Of a DNA stretch of 64,000 nt, positions 25,013 to 37,165 are shown one piece after another. Each line of letters opens with the position of its first letter. Position 1 is the stretch's first letter. The notes beneath the pieces were generated by a model, which saw nothing but the letters and a program-made list of their open reading frames with translations, was not told where the DNA came from and did not search any database. The translations under genes and the position numbers were made by a program. This DNA is from Malacoraja senta (Eukaryota). Location of the stretch: assembly GCA_038087875.1 (NCBI GenBank), contig CM075978.1:169012001-169076000 (forward strand), in the 5' to 3' direction.

Positions 25013-25759
25013 ATGATTACAATCAAGCCATCCACAGTGTATAGAGGTGCATGATAAAGAGAATAACATGAATAATGTTTAGTGCAAGTTAAAGTACAGT
25101 AAAGTCTGAATGTGTAAAAGCAATGAATATTGCTTCTTAACTTAACACGGTCATCTGGACATTGAAGAACATGGAAGTCCTTGTCCATTTTACCAGGATT
25201 TGCTTTTTTTTTTTCTTTTACTTATGACTTACGGATTCACCTTGTAAAGGGATGGGCTGCTCGTCACAAATAAGAACTTGTGTGGCAGCAGAACCTTGTA
25301 CAACTCCATACCATTGTGTGAGCAGGCCAGAACAAGTCCTGCCCTCTGCATAACTCAAAAGATTTTTGACCTCCACCGAGGAAAACTGTTAAATCTGCCA
25401 ACATTTTTGAATGATGCTAACACTTAGCAACACTCAAAACCTACAAAATATGTAAAGATAAAGAAAAGGCACTCAAATAATTAGACAGATGTGGGAACAA
25501 CTTAAAACAAGATAAGGTTATTGAACACTTACCTTGTTCCCATGTATTTATGTATCAGCACTAACCTGGCATCAGTTCAGCTGGTCGAGGAGATTGTGAC
25601 AGTTCAGTAATCTCCACAGATTCAGTAATCACAGTTCAGTAATCTCCACAGATTAACAGCCTACAATTTGGGCTTCCAGTGATTGCATGTGATCCCAACT
25701 GTAGTGTCACTAGGTGCCACATTAACATGCCTTCTTGTGCTATCTAGTTTAGCGATACA

Positions 25760-26058
25760 GGGGCGGCAGGGTGGCGCAGCGGTAGGGTTGTTTCCTTACA
25801 GTGCCAAAGACACTGGGTCCGTTCCTGACTATGGGTCCTGTCTGTTTGGAGTTTGTACGTTCTCCCCGTGACCACATGGGTGCTCACGTTCCTCCCTCAC
25901 TCCAAAGTCACACAGGTTTATGAGTTAATTTGGCATTGGTAAAAAGTTTAAATCACCCCTAGTGTGTAGGACAGTGCTAGTACACATTGTGAGCAATGGT
26001 CGGTGTGGACTCAGTGGCCAAAGGGCCTGTTTCCGCGCTGTATCTCTAAAACTAAAAT
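25760..26058 (+). mobile_element. V-SINE
   Basis: Full consensus match. Confidence 0.88.
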
Positions 26059-26061
26059 TGA

Positions 26062-26322
26062 ATGCAGCATAGGAACGGGCCCTTCAGCTCAGGGAATCGC
26101 TAGTTTTATGTTATCCTATTTTTGCATCCACTCCCTACACATGGGGGCAATTTACAGAAATCAATTAACCTACAACCCCGCAGGTCTTTGGGATGAGGGA
26201 GGAAACCGGAGCATCCAGAGGAGACCCACAAGGTCATTGGGCGAAGGTACAAACTCCAGACAGACAACACCCGAGGTTAGGGTCAAACCCGGGTCTCTGG
26301 TGCTGAGTGGTAGCGGCTCTAT
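26062..26322 (-). mobile_element. V-SINE interrupted by Rex1
   Basis: Reverse V-domain and B-box; the head remnant resumes near 26993. Confidence 0.75.
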
Positions 26323-26992
26323 CAAGTCGTCAAGTCAAGTCAAGTTTATTCGTCACATACGCATACGAGATGTGTAATGAAATGAAAAGTGGCAATGTTT
26401 GCGGATTGTGCAAAAAGACTACAAAACAGAATGGAATTACATATTTGTGGGAGAAAAAAAGAAGAAGAAACAGCAATTTAAAAAGACACCACACAACAGT
26501 AAAATGGTACAGTAAGTTAGTCCCTGGTGAGATAGGAGTTTACAGTCCTAATGGCCTCTGGGAAGAAACTCTTTCTCATCCTCTCTGTTTTCACAGCATG
26601 GCAACGGAGGCGTTTGCCTGACCGTAGCAGCTGGAACAGTCTGTTGCTGGGGTGGAAGGGGTCCCCCATGATCTTGTTGGCTAGATTTGCACCTTCTGAT
26701 GTATAGTTCCTGCAGGGGGGGCAAATGTAGTTCCCATAGTGCGTTCGGCCAAATGCACTACTCTCTGCAGAGCCTTCTTGTCCTGGGCAGAGCAGTTCCC
26801 AAACCAAATTGTGATGTTTCCAGACAAGATGCTTTCCACAGCCACTGAGTAGAAGCACTGGAGGATCCTCAGAGACACTCTGAATTTCCTCAATTGCCTG
26901 AGATGGTAAAGGCGCTGCCTTGCCTTACTCACCAGTGCGGCAGCGTGTGATGTCTATGTCAGATCCTCTGAGATGTGGACTCCCAGGTATTT
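26322..26992 (-). mobile_element. Rex1/Babar LINE 3' fragment
   Basis: KARQRLYHLRQLRKF...ESILSGNITIWFGNC, LLRSGKR...SFFPEAIR; (CTTGA)n tail. Confidence 0.92.
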
Positions 26993-27704
26993 AAGCTGCT
27001 CCACTGGTTCCATTCCAGCGAGTTTTCATCAGAAGAACAACAACTGCTGATACAACCCTCCAGGATAAGGATTTCCAAAGATTCACTGCCTTCCCATTGA
27101 AGAATTTTCTCCTCATCTCATTGCTAAATGGTCTACCCAGATTTTAAGACTGTGACACCACTTCTACACTCCTCAGCCAGAAAATATTCTCCCCATATCT
27201 ACCCCGTCGAACCCTCTAAACATGTTCAATGTTTCGAGTCACCTCTCAATTGTCTGAACCTTTAAGGACTGAGGCCTGGCTCACTTGATCTCTCCTCATG
27301 TGATATCCATGCCATCCTAGCAACCGGTACGGTGAGTTCTTCCTGTGTATGCTCCATAGTTTTTAGGTGTGGCAACCTTATTTTAACATCTTTAAATATG
27401 TTCTTGGACTCCGAGGTGTTTAGAGGTTTATTTTTAGACTTTACTGTAGACTTTAGAGATACAGTGTGGGGACAGGCGCTTTGGCCCCCGGAGCCGGCGC
27501 CGTTCACCCCATACACTAACATTACCCTACACACTACAGACTAGTTACAATTTACAGAAGCCACAGTGCAGCCAGTCTTGTCACTGTGTGGGTTTCTTCT
27601 CAGTGCTCCGATTTCCTCGCTCATCCCAAAGAATGTGCTGTTAGTAGGTTAAATGGCCACTAGAATAACCCCCAATGCATACGTGAGTGGAGGTATCTTG
27701 GGGA

Positions 27705-28010
27705 AGTTAGACTTTAGACTTTAGAGATACAGTGTGGAAACAGGCCCTTTGGCCCACCGCGTCCGTGCCAAACAGCGATCAACCTGTACACTAGCACTAT
27801 CCTACACACTAGGGACAAATTACAATTTTACCGAAGCCAATTACCTTACAAACTTGTACATTTTTGGAGTGTGGGAGGAAACCGGAGCACCCGGAGAAAA
27901 CCCACACGGCCACAGGGAGAATGTGCAAACTCCTTCCAGACAGCACCCATAGTCAGGATTGAAACTGGGTCCCTCACACTGTACCCTACCACTGCGCCAC
28001 CGTTCCGCCC
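27705..28010 (-). mobile_element. V-SINE
   Basis: Full reverse SINE with (CTAAAGT)n tail; partial copies adjoin at 27435-27700. Confidence 0.88.
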
Positions 28011-28676
28011 TTCAATTATGGCCATTAATGAAAATGTGGGGAGAATATTTAAAGGGAATAATGTAAGAAGTGTTGTCAAAGTATACAGCAGGATATAGAT
28101 CAGTGGGTAATGGCCAGCACATACTTAGTGGGCTGAAGGGCCTGTGCCCATGCTGTATCTCTTTTGACTCTATGACTGAGCAAATCATTGCAGGATTGGG
28201 GATAAGAGCAGGGGAATGGGACTAGCGGGATTGCTCTGTGAAAGAGCTGGCATTCTGATGTGCCAAATAGTTTCAATTTTTCTGTCGCATTCTTAGATTC
28301 AGTGAGATCACTTTCCAAACAAACTAGATACATTAGCAGTGTTGCCTTTACTCCGAACCTTGGTGAGTTGCTATATGTAATTGGTAGATATGACAAGCGA
28401 GGAATGTGAATATATCATCGCCCTAAATCAATCCACTTTCTTTTTGGTAAATTTTAATGTCGATGCAAAGATGTCAATTGGTGATGTTTCTTAAAAAAAT
28501 ACTTGAAACAAAAATACACTAAGGGGCTAATGCCAGTTTCAGGAAAAAACATATGGCAGACACTGCCCTTCTCATATATACTGTGAACACATGTTACCTG
28601 TCATTTTAGAACATATATAGAACAGTACAGCACAGTAATAGGCCCTTCAGCCCACAATGTTTGTGCTGAACATGAT

Positions 28677-29422
28677 TAGATTAGATTAGATAAGACTTTA
28701 TTAATCCCCTTATTCAGGGGAAATTCAGATGTCCTTGCAGCACACTAATAAAAATACAACATAGTGTTCAAAAAGAAGTTCAACACAAAAACATCCCCCC
28801 ACAATGGTTCCCACTGTGGGGGGAGGCACAAAGTCCAGTCCCCATCCTCTTGTCCACCCAGAGTCGGGCCCACTGAGGCCTCCACAGTCCCGCCACGGTG
28901 CCCGATATTCTCGCCCAGGCGCCGGGATGTAACGTTCAGCGTCGCAGCTGGGCCGCTCCACAGAACCGCGGCTCCACGATGTTACCATCGGCGGTCCCAG
29001 CATACTGGAGTCCCAGCGCGGCGACCCAGGAAAGGCATCGCCCGCTCCACGACAGCGCTCCAGCGCTGCACCGCCGCCAAAGCCGATGTTCTGCGCCGCC
29101 GCCAAAGCCGGTGTTCTGGCCAGGTCCCCTCAGGGAAACATCTGCGCCGCCGCCAAAGCCGATGTTCTGGCCAGGTCCCCCAGGGAAACGCCGCTCCAGG
29201 ACCCGCTGGTAGGCCGCAAGGACAGGTCGAAGGCGCTGCTCGGAGGAAGGCAACCCCTCCGACCAGGTAGGGACTCGAAAAACAGTTTTCCCCCTTCCCC
29301 CCCACCACCCCCAACACATAAAAAGATTAGGCCCCCTGACTACACACTAAACGTACTAAAAATAATTAAAAAAGGGAAAAAGACGGACAGCTGCAGGACA
29401 GGCAGTCGTTCAGGACAGCGCC
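28677..29422 (-). mobile_element. GC-rich non-autonomous retroposon with Rex1/Babar-type tail
   Basis: Minus-strand tail AATTTCCCCTGAATAAGGGGATTAATAAAGTCTTA(TCTAA)n; TGAT duplicated at 28673-28676 and 29423-29426 inside a CR1 3' relic; internal GCCGCCAAAGCCGATGTTCTG repeats. Confidence 0.75.
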
Positions 29423-30914
29423 TGATGCCAAGTTAAACTAATCTCATCTGCCTGTACATGATCCATATCCCTTTATTCCTTGAATTTCCATGCGGTCATC
29501 TAAAAGCCTCTTAAACGGCATTTAAACCATTAGGCACTGTTCATTTTATGTGCATATATTTGACTGCAAAAGTAGTAAGCATCTTGACACTGTCGTCGAC
29601 GTGTGTCCAGATAATCTATTCAGCACTGAAAATCCTTCCTGGTAATCAAAACAGTTGCCACCACTTCTGGTGAAAGGTCTATACCTTAATCATTGCTAAA
29701 TACATTTCAATACTGACTTGTCTGCTGTGCATTTACAGCATTTTTATGACTGTTTATTTCAGATATCTGACATTTTAATGACGTGCATCTAATGTGAATC
29801 AAAATCTTTGTATTAAAACACCATAGTTCAAACGGTGAAGTAAAGTTACAGAAATAAACAGACTTTGTGAGTGGTTCTGTAAAACAACAATATGAGGAAA
29901 CAGAAATCTAACCTCTTGATTATTATTCTGGTGTAAAAATGTCATCAGCAACATATCTCACCCTCTGGGAACATAATTTCATGTTGTGGTGATGATGAAT
30001 TGGCCTTTTGTTCAGCCCAGAACCTTAAATGAACTTTAAAAGAACAAGACAGTGTGATGACTTTGGTAAATCACTGTTGCACTCACAACTGCTGAGGTCA
30101 TGACTTCAAGTCCTGGACTTGACTGACATTGGAATATGATCGACTATCTGAAGTCAACAAGATTCACCAACTCTCCTCAAGGTCAAGGGTTTAAATCCCA
30201 TATCTTGACTCAAAATCAAATTTTGTTGCCTTCAGTCTGTGGGTTCCTGTCACTTTTCCTTCTGAGATCAGAAGTCCCAAAATTAAGTTCCTGCCCCGGC
30301 GGACATTTCAAACCAACTGACTTCACTTGATAAGTTCAGCCAGCTCGTATGCATCCGTGCAAGCAGTGGTGAGTGTAGAGGCAAATTCAAAGAGACATTT
30401 GAACCTTCCTACTTTTAGCATAAAAGTAGTTCCTGATTGGTGAATGGGGCTCGGCAACAACACCTTAGAAAGAGGGGATCCCATTTGCAAGTCAGAGTTT
30501 GTTAATGTCACGATGATCGACAAGAAATTGGCGAGGAGTAGGTTTGTTTGATGGGGACATTACTGAGAGCACATAATTTTTAAGGATGAAATCAACAGTG
30601 ATTGTAAAATGGTTAAAATATGTAAACTGGGAAAATCAAGAATCAGAATTTTAATTAACAAATTAAATGTTAATATCCATTTCACCAACATTTCGGGAAT
30701 AAAATTGGATAATGAAATGTTTGCTTGATTGAAATTGATTGAAAGCTACAACATGGAAGCAAGCCCTTCAGCCCACTGAGACAACATTGATCTGAGCTCC
30801 ACCCTTCCTGAGGTCATTAGGTGGCAGCCTTGATTTCATTTGGCCTTTTGTTACCTCTAGTTTATTCTCCCCCCCCCCCATCCCTTTATTTTCAGTCTGA
30901 AGAAAGGTTCAGAC

Positions 30915-31446
30915 TTTGGAAGAGGAAGGTTGAGGAATCACAATCCTGTCAAAATCTTCAAATTCCTGGGTGTGCATATTTTCGATGATCTTTGCTGGAC
31001 CCAGCACACTGATGCAATTATAAAGAAAGCACATCAGCGCCTCTACTTCCTGAGAAGATTACGGAGATTCGGTATGTCAAAGAGGATTCGCTTGAACTTC
31101 TACAGGTGCACAGTAGAGAGCATGCTGACTGGTTGTATCGTGGCCTGGTTCAGCAACTTGAATGTCCAGGAGCGGAAAAGACTGCAAAAAGTTGTAAACA
31201 CTGCCCAGGCCATCACTGGCTCTGACCTCCCCACCATCGAAGGGATATATCGTATTTGCTGCCTCAAAAAGGAGCCAACATCATCAAAGACCCTCACCAT
31301 CCTGGCTACATACCCATCTCACCACTGCCATCGGGAAGAAGGTACAGGGGCCTGAGAACTGTAACGTCCAGGTTCAGGAACAGCTTCTTCCCTACAGCCA
31401 TCAGGCTATTAAAAACTACAACCTCATAAGCTATGAATTATAATAG

Positions 31447-31515
<69 letters not shown>

Positions 31516-31660
31516 GCACTGTTATTGTTCGTTCTTTTTTTTCTGAATTTTTGTTATATTATTTATTATGATTACATATTCTGTTGTGCTGCAGCAAGTA
31601 AGAATGTCATTGTTCTATCTGGGACATATGACAATAAAACACTCTTGACTTGACTCTTGA
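30915..31660 (+). mobile_element. Rex1/Babar LINE 3' fragment
   Basis: FKFLGVHI...KKAHQRLYFLRRLRRFG...TVESMLTGCIVAWF; TGACAATAAA and (CTTGA)n tail. Confidence 0.93.
31447..31515. repeat. (ATT)n microsatellite in the Rex1 3'UTR
   Basis: About 22 ATT units. Confidence 0.95.
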
Positions 31661-31754
31661 ACCGAAATGTCACCTATTATTTCTCTCCAGCGATGCTGCC
31701 TGACCTGCTGAATTACTCCAGCATTTTGTGTCTATCTTTTTTGTTTATCATGAA

Positions 31755-32010
31755 TCACTTGTTCATGCTAGTTCTATGTTATCCTACTTTCGCATTCACT
31801 CCTTAAATATTTAGGGGCAATTCACAGAGGGCAATTAACTTACAAAACCGCACGTCTTTGGGATGTGGGTGGAACCAGAGCACCCAGAGGAAATCCATGC
31901 GGTCACAAGGAGAATGTGCAAACTCTACTTAAACAGTGCCCAAGGTCAGGATCAAACATGGGTCTCTGGTGCCGTGAGGCAGCAGTTCTGCCATCTACAT
32001 CACTGGGCTG
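31755..32010 (-). mobile_element. V-SINE
   Basis: Reverse V-domain and tRNA head. Confidence 0.8.
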
Positions 32011-32481
32011 CACATATTCAGCTTAATGCAAATCTCCTGTGAATCCAGCCACCAGTGTATTGTAGTCCAAAATGTCTTCAGGCCTGACGATCTAACTTGT
32101 GTGTTGTAAATCTCCAATTAAAAGAAAATAAACAAATGATGTTTAACTAAATAATGAGAGTGTCTGAGTTCTGAATACCTGTCAGGATCAGAACACTTTC
32201 TTCAGTTATGCTAATAGGTTCTGAGCACAAGCCATTTGAGGGGAGCAGCAACAATTACATCTATATATTAGAAGGTAAGATTTGGATCATTAACACAAAC
32301 ACATTTTCAGAGCTGAGTTGAAAGGTACAATGATATGCACCCTGTGACATACATTTAACCAGAGGTTGCTGCTTCCAAAGAGGGTACAGATCAACATGCT
32401 AGAGGGAAGGAGCAACTGTGTCTATTAAGCCCATGCCAGCCAAAGAAATTATATTTGAACCTATGCATACTCTCCTGCAGA

Positions 32482-32577
32482 AGAAGGCACAAAGTGTTGG
32501 AGTAACTCCACGGGTCAGGCAGCATCTCTGGACAACAAGAATAGGTGACGTTTCGGAGTTGGGACTCTTCTTTAGAC
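32482..32577 (-). mobile_element. Penelope-like terminal repeat with hammerhead core
   Basis: Minus strand GTCTAAAGA-A-GAGTCCCAACTCC-GAAA-CGTC-ACC. Confidence 0.75.
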
Positions 32578-32825
32578 AATAGACAATAGATAATGGACAA
32601 TAGGTGCAGGAGTAGGCCATACGTCCCTTCAAGCCAGCACCGCCATTCAATGTGATCATGGTTGATCATCCACAATCAGTACCCCGTTCCTGCCTTCTCC
32701 CCATATCCCTTGATTCCGCTATCTTCAAGAGCCCTATCTAGCTCTGTCTTTAAAATTTCCAGAGAACCGGCCTCCACCGCCCTCTGAGGCAGAGAATTCC
32801 ACACTCACAACTCTCTGTGTGAAAC
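32575..32825 (-). mobile_element. CR1 LINE 3' fragment
   Basis: Near-identical reverse complement of 17045-17297. Confidence 0.9.
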
Positions 32826-32827
32826 AT

Positions 32828-33095
32828 CGTGAAGGAATGAGTGAGATTTGTCACGGCCATATATCGATATAACCAAGCTTTGCAGTGTAATTTTTAGTTC
32901 CTATTTAGTAATGCTGAAGTGATATGGCTTTTCATTAGTTTCATACACAGCACAATAACATAACTTCCTATGTCATCCTTTCGATATATTTCTATTGAAA
33001 AATAAAGAAAAATACCCTTTTGAGAATTTGGATAGCTCAGTTTGTTGAAAATTTAAGATCAGAAGGTCCTGAGCATAGATTTTATTTTAGGAATG
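32828..33095. repeat. About 268-bp dispersed repeat, copy 1 (copy 2 at 37166-37433)
   Basis: Direct alignment by eye, high identity, same orientation. Confidence 0.9.
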
Positions 33096-33269
33096 GGAGA
33101 CCATATAGGAACCACATATGATGCTGGATATACCTGATGGGACAGGTGTGGGTTGTTCAAGAGAAGGTGCATTCCTTCTGCTGCTTATACCAGGCTTCTG
33201 TGTGCTGCTAATGTACAGACGCGGTTCTCAAAACCATGCCAAATGCTCTTTCTCCATTTTAAACAGATG

Positions 33270-34313
33270 TAGGTATGTTACAAAACTCACCTTCAACGGC
33301 GCTGCAGTTCTGTCACTGGCCGTGTGCGTGACTTTGGCGCCTTTGAGAGGGGGGCGGGTTTAAAATGCCGTTTTTCTCCAGCCTGTTGAAATCGATCTTT
33401 CTCAGGCTGTTTAGCTGCTGAAGAATAATCGCTCTGACATCCGTTTTATCAAATTTATTAAAAATAGCGCTGGATAATTTAATAGCAGGAGTAAAATATA
33501 AATCATCTTCAAAAGCTGTCAACGCCGACAACGGGACGGATCTCACGTACGGGACAAAGCAAGGTACGGCGTATATTTTTACAGATAAACGTGCTTCTTA
33601 GGATGCCTTTAATCAAAATTTCACGTTGCGAAAAGGTGACTTATTCCCCATACGAACCGGCAGTATTTTTCCTGCCGATATGGGGTTTAAATTCACCTCA
33701 AATGCAACGTTCCAATCGATCGTGTTCCACAAAATCTCACAAGCAAGATGATTTAAATGGCCATTAATTTACAGGAATTAAACACTAAATTCCTTCCATT
33801 TGGCCTGTAAATTCATGACAATGAGATTTAAAAATCATGTTATGTTGTGAATTCTTGTGTGAATGTTATTTGGACACTTAGGCTATTTACAAATGTTAAC
33901 CTTTTCTTAAGAAATGGATAGATGTTTAGATCTAGTAATTGAATTTTGTAATTAGCTACAATTAGGTAACTAACTAATTATATGCTTTAATTTCAGGTCA
34001 TCCATGTAAGATTGTTTCATATTTGTTTCAGAATGCTTCAATCTATAATAACTGAAAATTTCATTCAGTTCTCTTAATTTTTAAGAAAGTTATGGACTTC
34101 TGACTGTCTTTGATCACAGCTTTGGAGTTAAGTCAATGGAAAAGCAAAAGGGAACAAGATGCTAATTTTCGAGTATGAAAATGGCCATAACATTTTTAAT
34201 ACTGAAGATATGAAAGTGAATTAGGTGTCAAATTAAACTTCTTTTTATGCTTTATCTGATGGGATAAATTGCAGACATGATTTTTAAAATCTCAAAATTT
34301 TGTAACATTGCTA
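33270..34313. mobile_element. hAT-like non-autonomous DNA transposon
   Basis: TIR TAGGTATGTTACAAAA / TTTTGTAACATTGCTA; flanking duplication (A)ACAGATG at 33263-33269 and 34314-34320. Confidence 0.72.
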
Positions 34314-34378
34314 ACAGATGCGGATCACAGATTTTCAGGAATTAATAGGGACATTTTCATATGTTTTTGAGAACCTAA

Positions 34379-35260
34379 ACGGGCTGTCCCACTTGGGCGA
34401 CCTAATCTGCGAGTTTAGAAGAGTGTCTTTGACCTTCAAACTCGCAGCATGGTCGACACGAGGTCCTAGGAGGTCTTATGAGGTCACTGGAACTCTCCTT
34501 CATGCTCGAGGGAAGTTCCCGAATACTCGCGGCCTCAGCTAGGTCGCTGAAAAAATGTCAGCATGTTGAAAAATTTTCCACGAGTAAAATTTGGTCGGCA
34601 TGGTTCTTTTGAACTCGTGGTGCAGTGGAGTGGGGTGCTATTTAGTTACAGGCAGTCGAGGGCAGCCGTAGGCAATCTCATTCGCTGACCTGGCTCATTG
34701 GAGTTTTCAGGATCAAGGAAAACCGACCGGTAGGTGAAATGCCCGCTAACTTTATTATATTTCTTAAAAGTGTCTCCCCNNNNNNNNNNNNNNNNNNNNN
34801 NNNNNNNNNNNNNNNNNNNNNNNNNNNNNNNNNNNNNNNNNNNNNNNNNNNNNNNNNNNNNNNNNNNNNNNNNNNNNNNNNNNNNNNNNNNNNNNNNNNN
34901 NNNNNNNNNNNNNNNNNNNNNNNNNNNNNNNNNNNNNNNNNNNNNCTCTTCCCTTCTCTCCCCTTCTCTTCCCCCTCCCCCCGCCCCTCCGCGCTCTCTA
35001 AAGGACTTACCGTTACTGTGCAGCCATTTTACCTTCCTCTTCATCGCGGGTGTGAATTTCAGACAGTGCTCCCCCGCTTTCCCTGGCCCCCGCCTTTGCG
35101 ATGTGTTTGTGTGTGTGTGTGCGGTCGATTGATCCAGCTCGCGGTTTCAACGTGGATGGTCGATCCAGCTCGAGGCTTTCCAGGCAAGTGCCCTCGAGCT
35201 TCAAGGTCAAAGACACTCTTCTTAACTCGTGGATTAGGTCGCCCAAGTGGGACAGCCCCT
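34379..35260. mobile_element. PIF/Harbinger-like MITE (spans a gap)
   Basis: About 60-bp TIR GGGCTGTCCCACTTGGGCGACCTAATC...AGAAGAGTGTCTTTGACCTT; flanks TAA and TTA. Confidence 0.82.
34780..34945. other. Assembly gap
   Basis: Run of N. Confidence 1.
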
Positions 35261-35609
35261 TTACTCCTTCTTCTTCTTCTAGTAGCTTACCCTGCCCATT
35301 TGGCTTCTGTTCATTCTTGCGATCACGCTACACTTTGAAAGAAAAGCCCCTTAATGCAAAGTAGCCTATGACTTCTGCAGAAGTCTTGAAGTAGAGCATA
35401 TGTCTTCAGTCTTGTCCCAGTAGAGTTTAACAAATTTAAAGAAGTCAAGAAACATTAAACGCTTGTACAATCACATGGAAAGGCAGTGTTGGGGATGGAG
35501 TAATATGCAACATATATTTACTTGGACAAGATTAAAGGAAAACTTCAGCTGTAATGTTCAGCCTAAGAATGGCAGTGCAGACATAATATCAGGCAAGGGA
35601 TTTATCTGT

Positions 35610-35990
35610 TAGAGTGCAGAAGGCTGAGGGGTGATCTTATAGAGGTGTTTTAAATCACGAGGGGATCAGGTAGAGTGAACACACAGTCTTTTATCCATCA
35701 AGAACCAGAGGACATAGGTTTAAGGTGAGAGGGGCAAGATTTAATAAGAACCTGAGTGGCATCTTTTCCACTGAGAGGATGGTGGGTATATGGAACAAGC
35801 TGCCAACAGATGCAGTTGAGTCAGATACAATAGCACCATTTAAAAGACACATGGGGAAGTTCATGGATAGAAAGGCTCAGAGGGATATTGGCCAAACGCA
35901 GGCAAATGGGACAAGTTTAGATGGGAATTCATGGTAGGCATGGAAGGACAAACGGCATGTTTCCGTACTGTATGACTCAATGACTCTACG
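35610..35990 (+). mobile_element. CR1 LINE 3' fragment
   Basis: AGGCTGAGGGGTGATCTTATAGAGGT (RLRGDLIEV) through the tail. Confidence 0.85.
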
Positions 35991-36122
35991 GATATTTTGC
36001 ATTCTTTCACTACTTTATTTAGCTGAGGGAAACCCAGTCACCATGGGGAAATATGAAGAAACCTAAGACGTTAATGTATTTAAGATCATTTCATTGCATT
36101 TCAGATCATTCAGAACTGAGAA

Positions 36123-36673
36123 CTGTAACCTTTTGAACTGCAAAGGATGTGTCTTTTGAATAATCATGGATCTACAGAAACTTTTATTATAATCGCTGAA
36201 ATAAAACATGATGCATCCGCTGCTTTTTGAGGGAAGAAATAAATTGTTAATACACGCCTGAGAAAACTAGAATTTCTTGGAAGAGAATGGCTGTTAAAAA
36301 AAGCATCTGGATTGCAAATTATACAAGTTTAATCTTGTTCTAGTTTGTGGTTGCCAATGCATTTAATGTTGCCCAGGGACTGAAAACTATTAGCTTGAAA
36401 CAATGAAAGTAAGTGTGGAGGTAGACAATGGTAGGAGATAGAGATCTGAATCATCATCAGCACTCTTCTTAAACTCTTAAACTGCATTATTGCATTGCAT
36501 TCCACTTATCCGGGGCACATTTAAACAACTTGCGCAGAGAGACAGAATGGGTTTACTGCTTCATAGCCGCTCCTTGTTTCACAAGCTAAAAGAGAGCCAG
36601 GAGGAGGATTATAATTAAAGTTTCTGTAGATCCATGATTATTCAAAGGATCTTTGCAGTTCAAAAGGTTACAG
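36123..36673. mobile_element. MITE-like element with about 70-bp TIRs, superfamily unknown
   Basis: CTGTAACCTTTTGAACTGCAAAG...TTGAATAATCATGGATCTACAGAAACTTT is present inverted at both ends. Confidence 0.75.
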
Positions 36674-36992
36674 GGCGGCCATGCTGGCGCAGTGGTAGAG
36701 TTGCTGCCTTACAGAGCTTGCAGCGCCGGAGACCCAGGTTCGATCCCGACTTCGTGTGCTGTCTGTACGCAGTTTGTACTTTCTCCTGGTGACCGCATGG
36801 GTTTTCTCCGAGATCTTTGGTTTCCTCCCACACTCCAAAGACGTACAGGTATGTAGGTTAATTAGATTGGTGTATGTGTAAAATTGTCCCTAGTGTGTGT
36901 TGGAAAGTGTTACTGTGCGGGGATCGCTAGTTGGTGCGGACTCAGTGGACCGAAGGGCCTGTTTCTATGCTGTATCTCTAAACTAAACTAAA
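36672..36992 (+). mobile_element. V-SINE (young)
   Basis: A-box TGGCGCAGTGG, B-box GGTTCGATCC, V-domain, (CTAAA)n. Confidence 0.92.
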
Positions 36993-37165
36993 GGAGACAT
37001 AGCATAATTGACAGTACCTTCCTAGTTTAAGTTTTGGTAACCCTGTTACGAAGTTGTTGTGAGGATCAGCCTCTGCCAGAGTCAGTGGAAACATATGCTC
37101 AGACATTTCATTCCTCTTAGCCAAGACTGGGATACTAAATACCAGAGATTGTCTGACTATCCCAG

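Noticed and set aside
25600-25655. Short imperfect tandem duplications (also near 55646, 56530 and 59339)
   Set aside because: Ordinary slippage products with no further structure.
28725-29436. Overlapping 100-170 aa ORFs on both strands (also 2809-3220)
   Set aside because: Stop-poor GC-rich repeat sequence; no recognisable protein motif; frames not shared between the two related elements.
36672-36750. tRNA-like A and B boxes (here and in all SINE heads)
   Set aside because: They continue into the V-domain and LINE tail, so they are SINE heads rather than tRNA genes.
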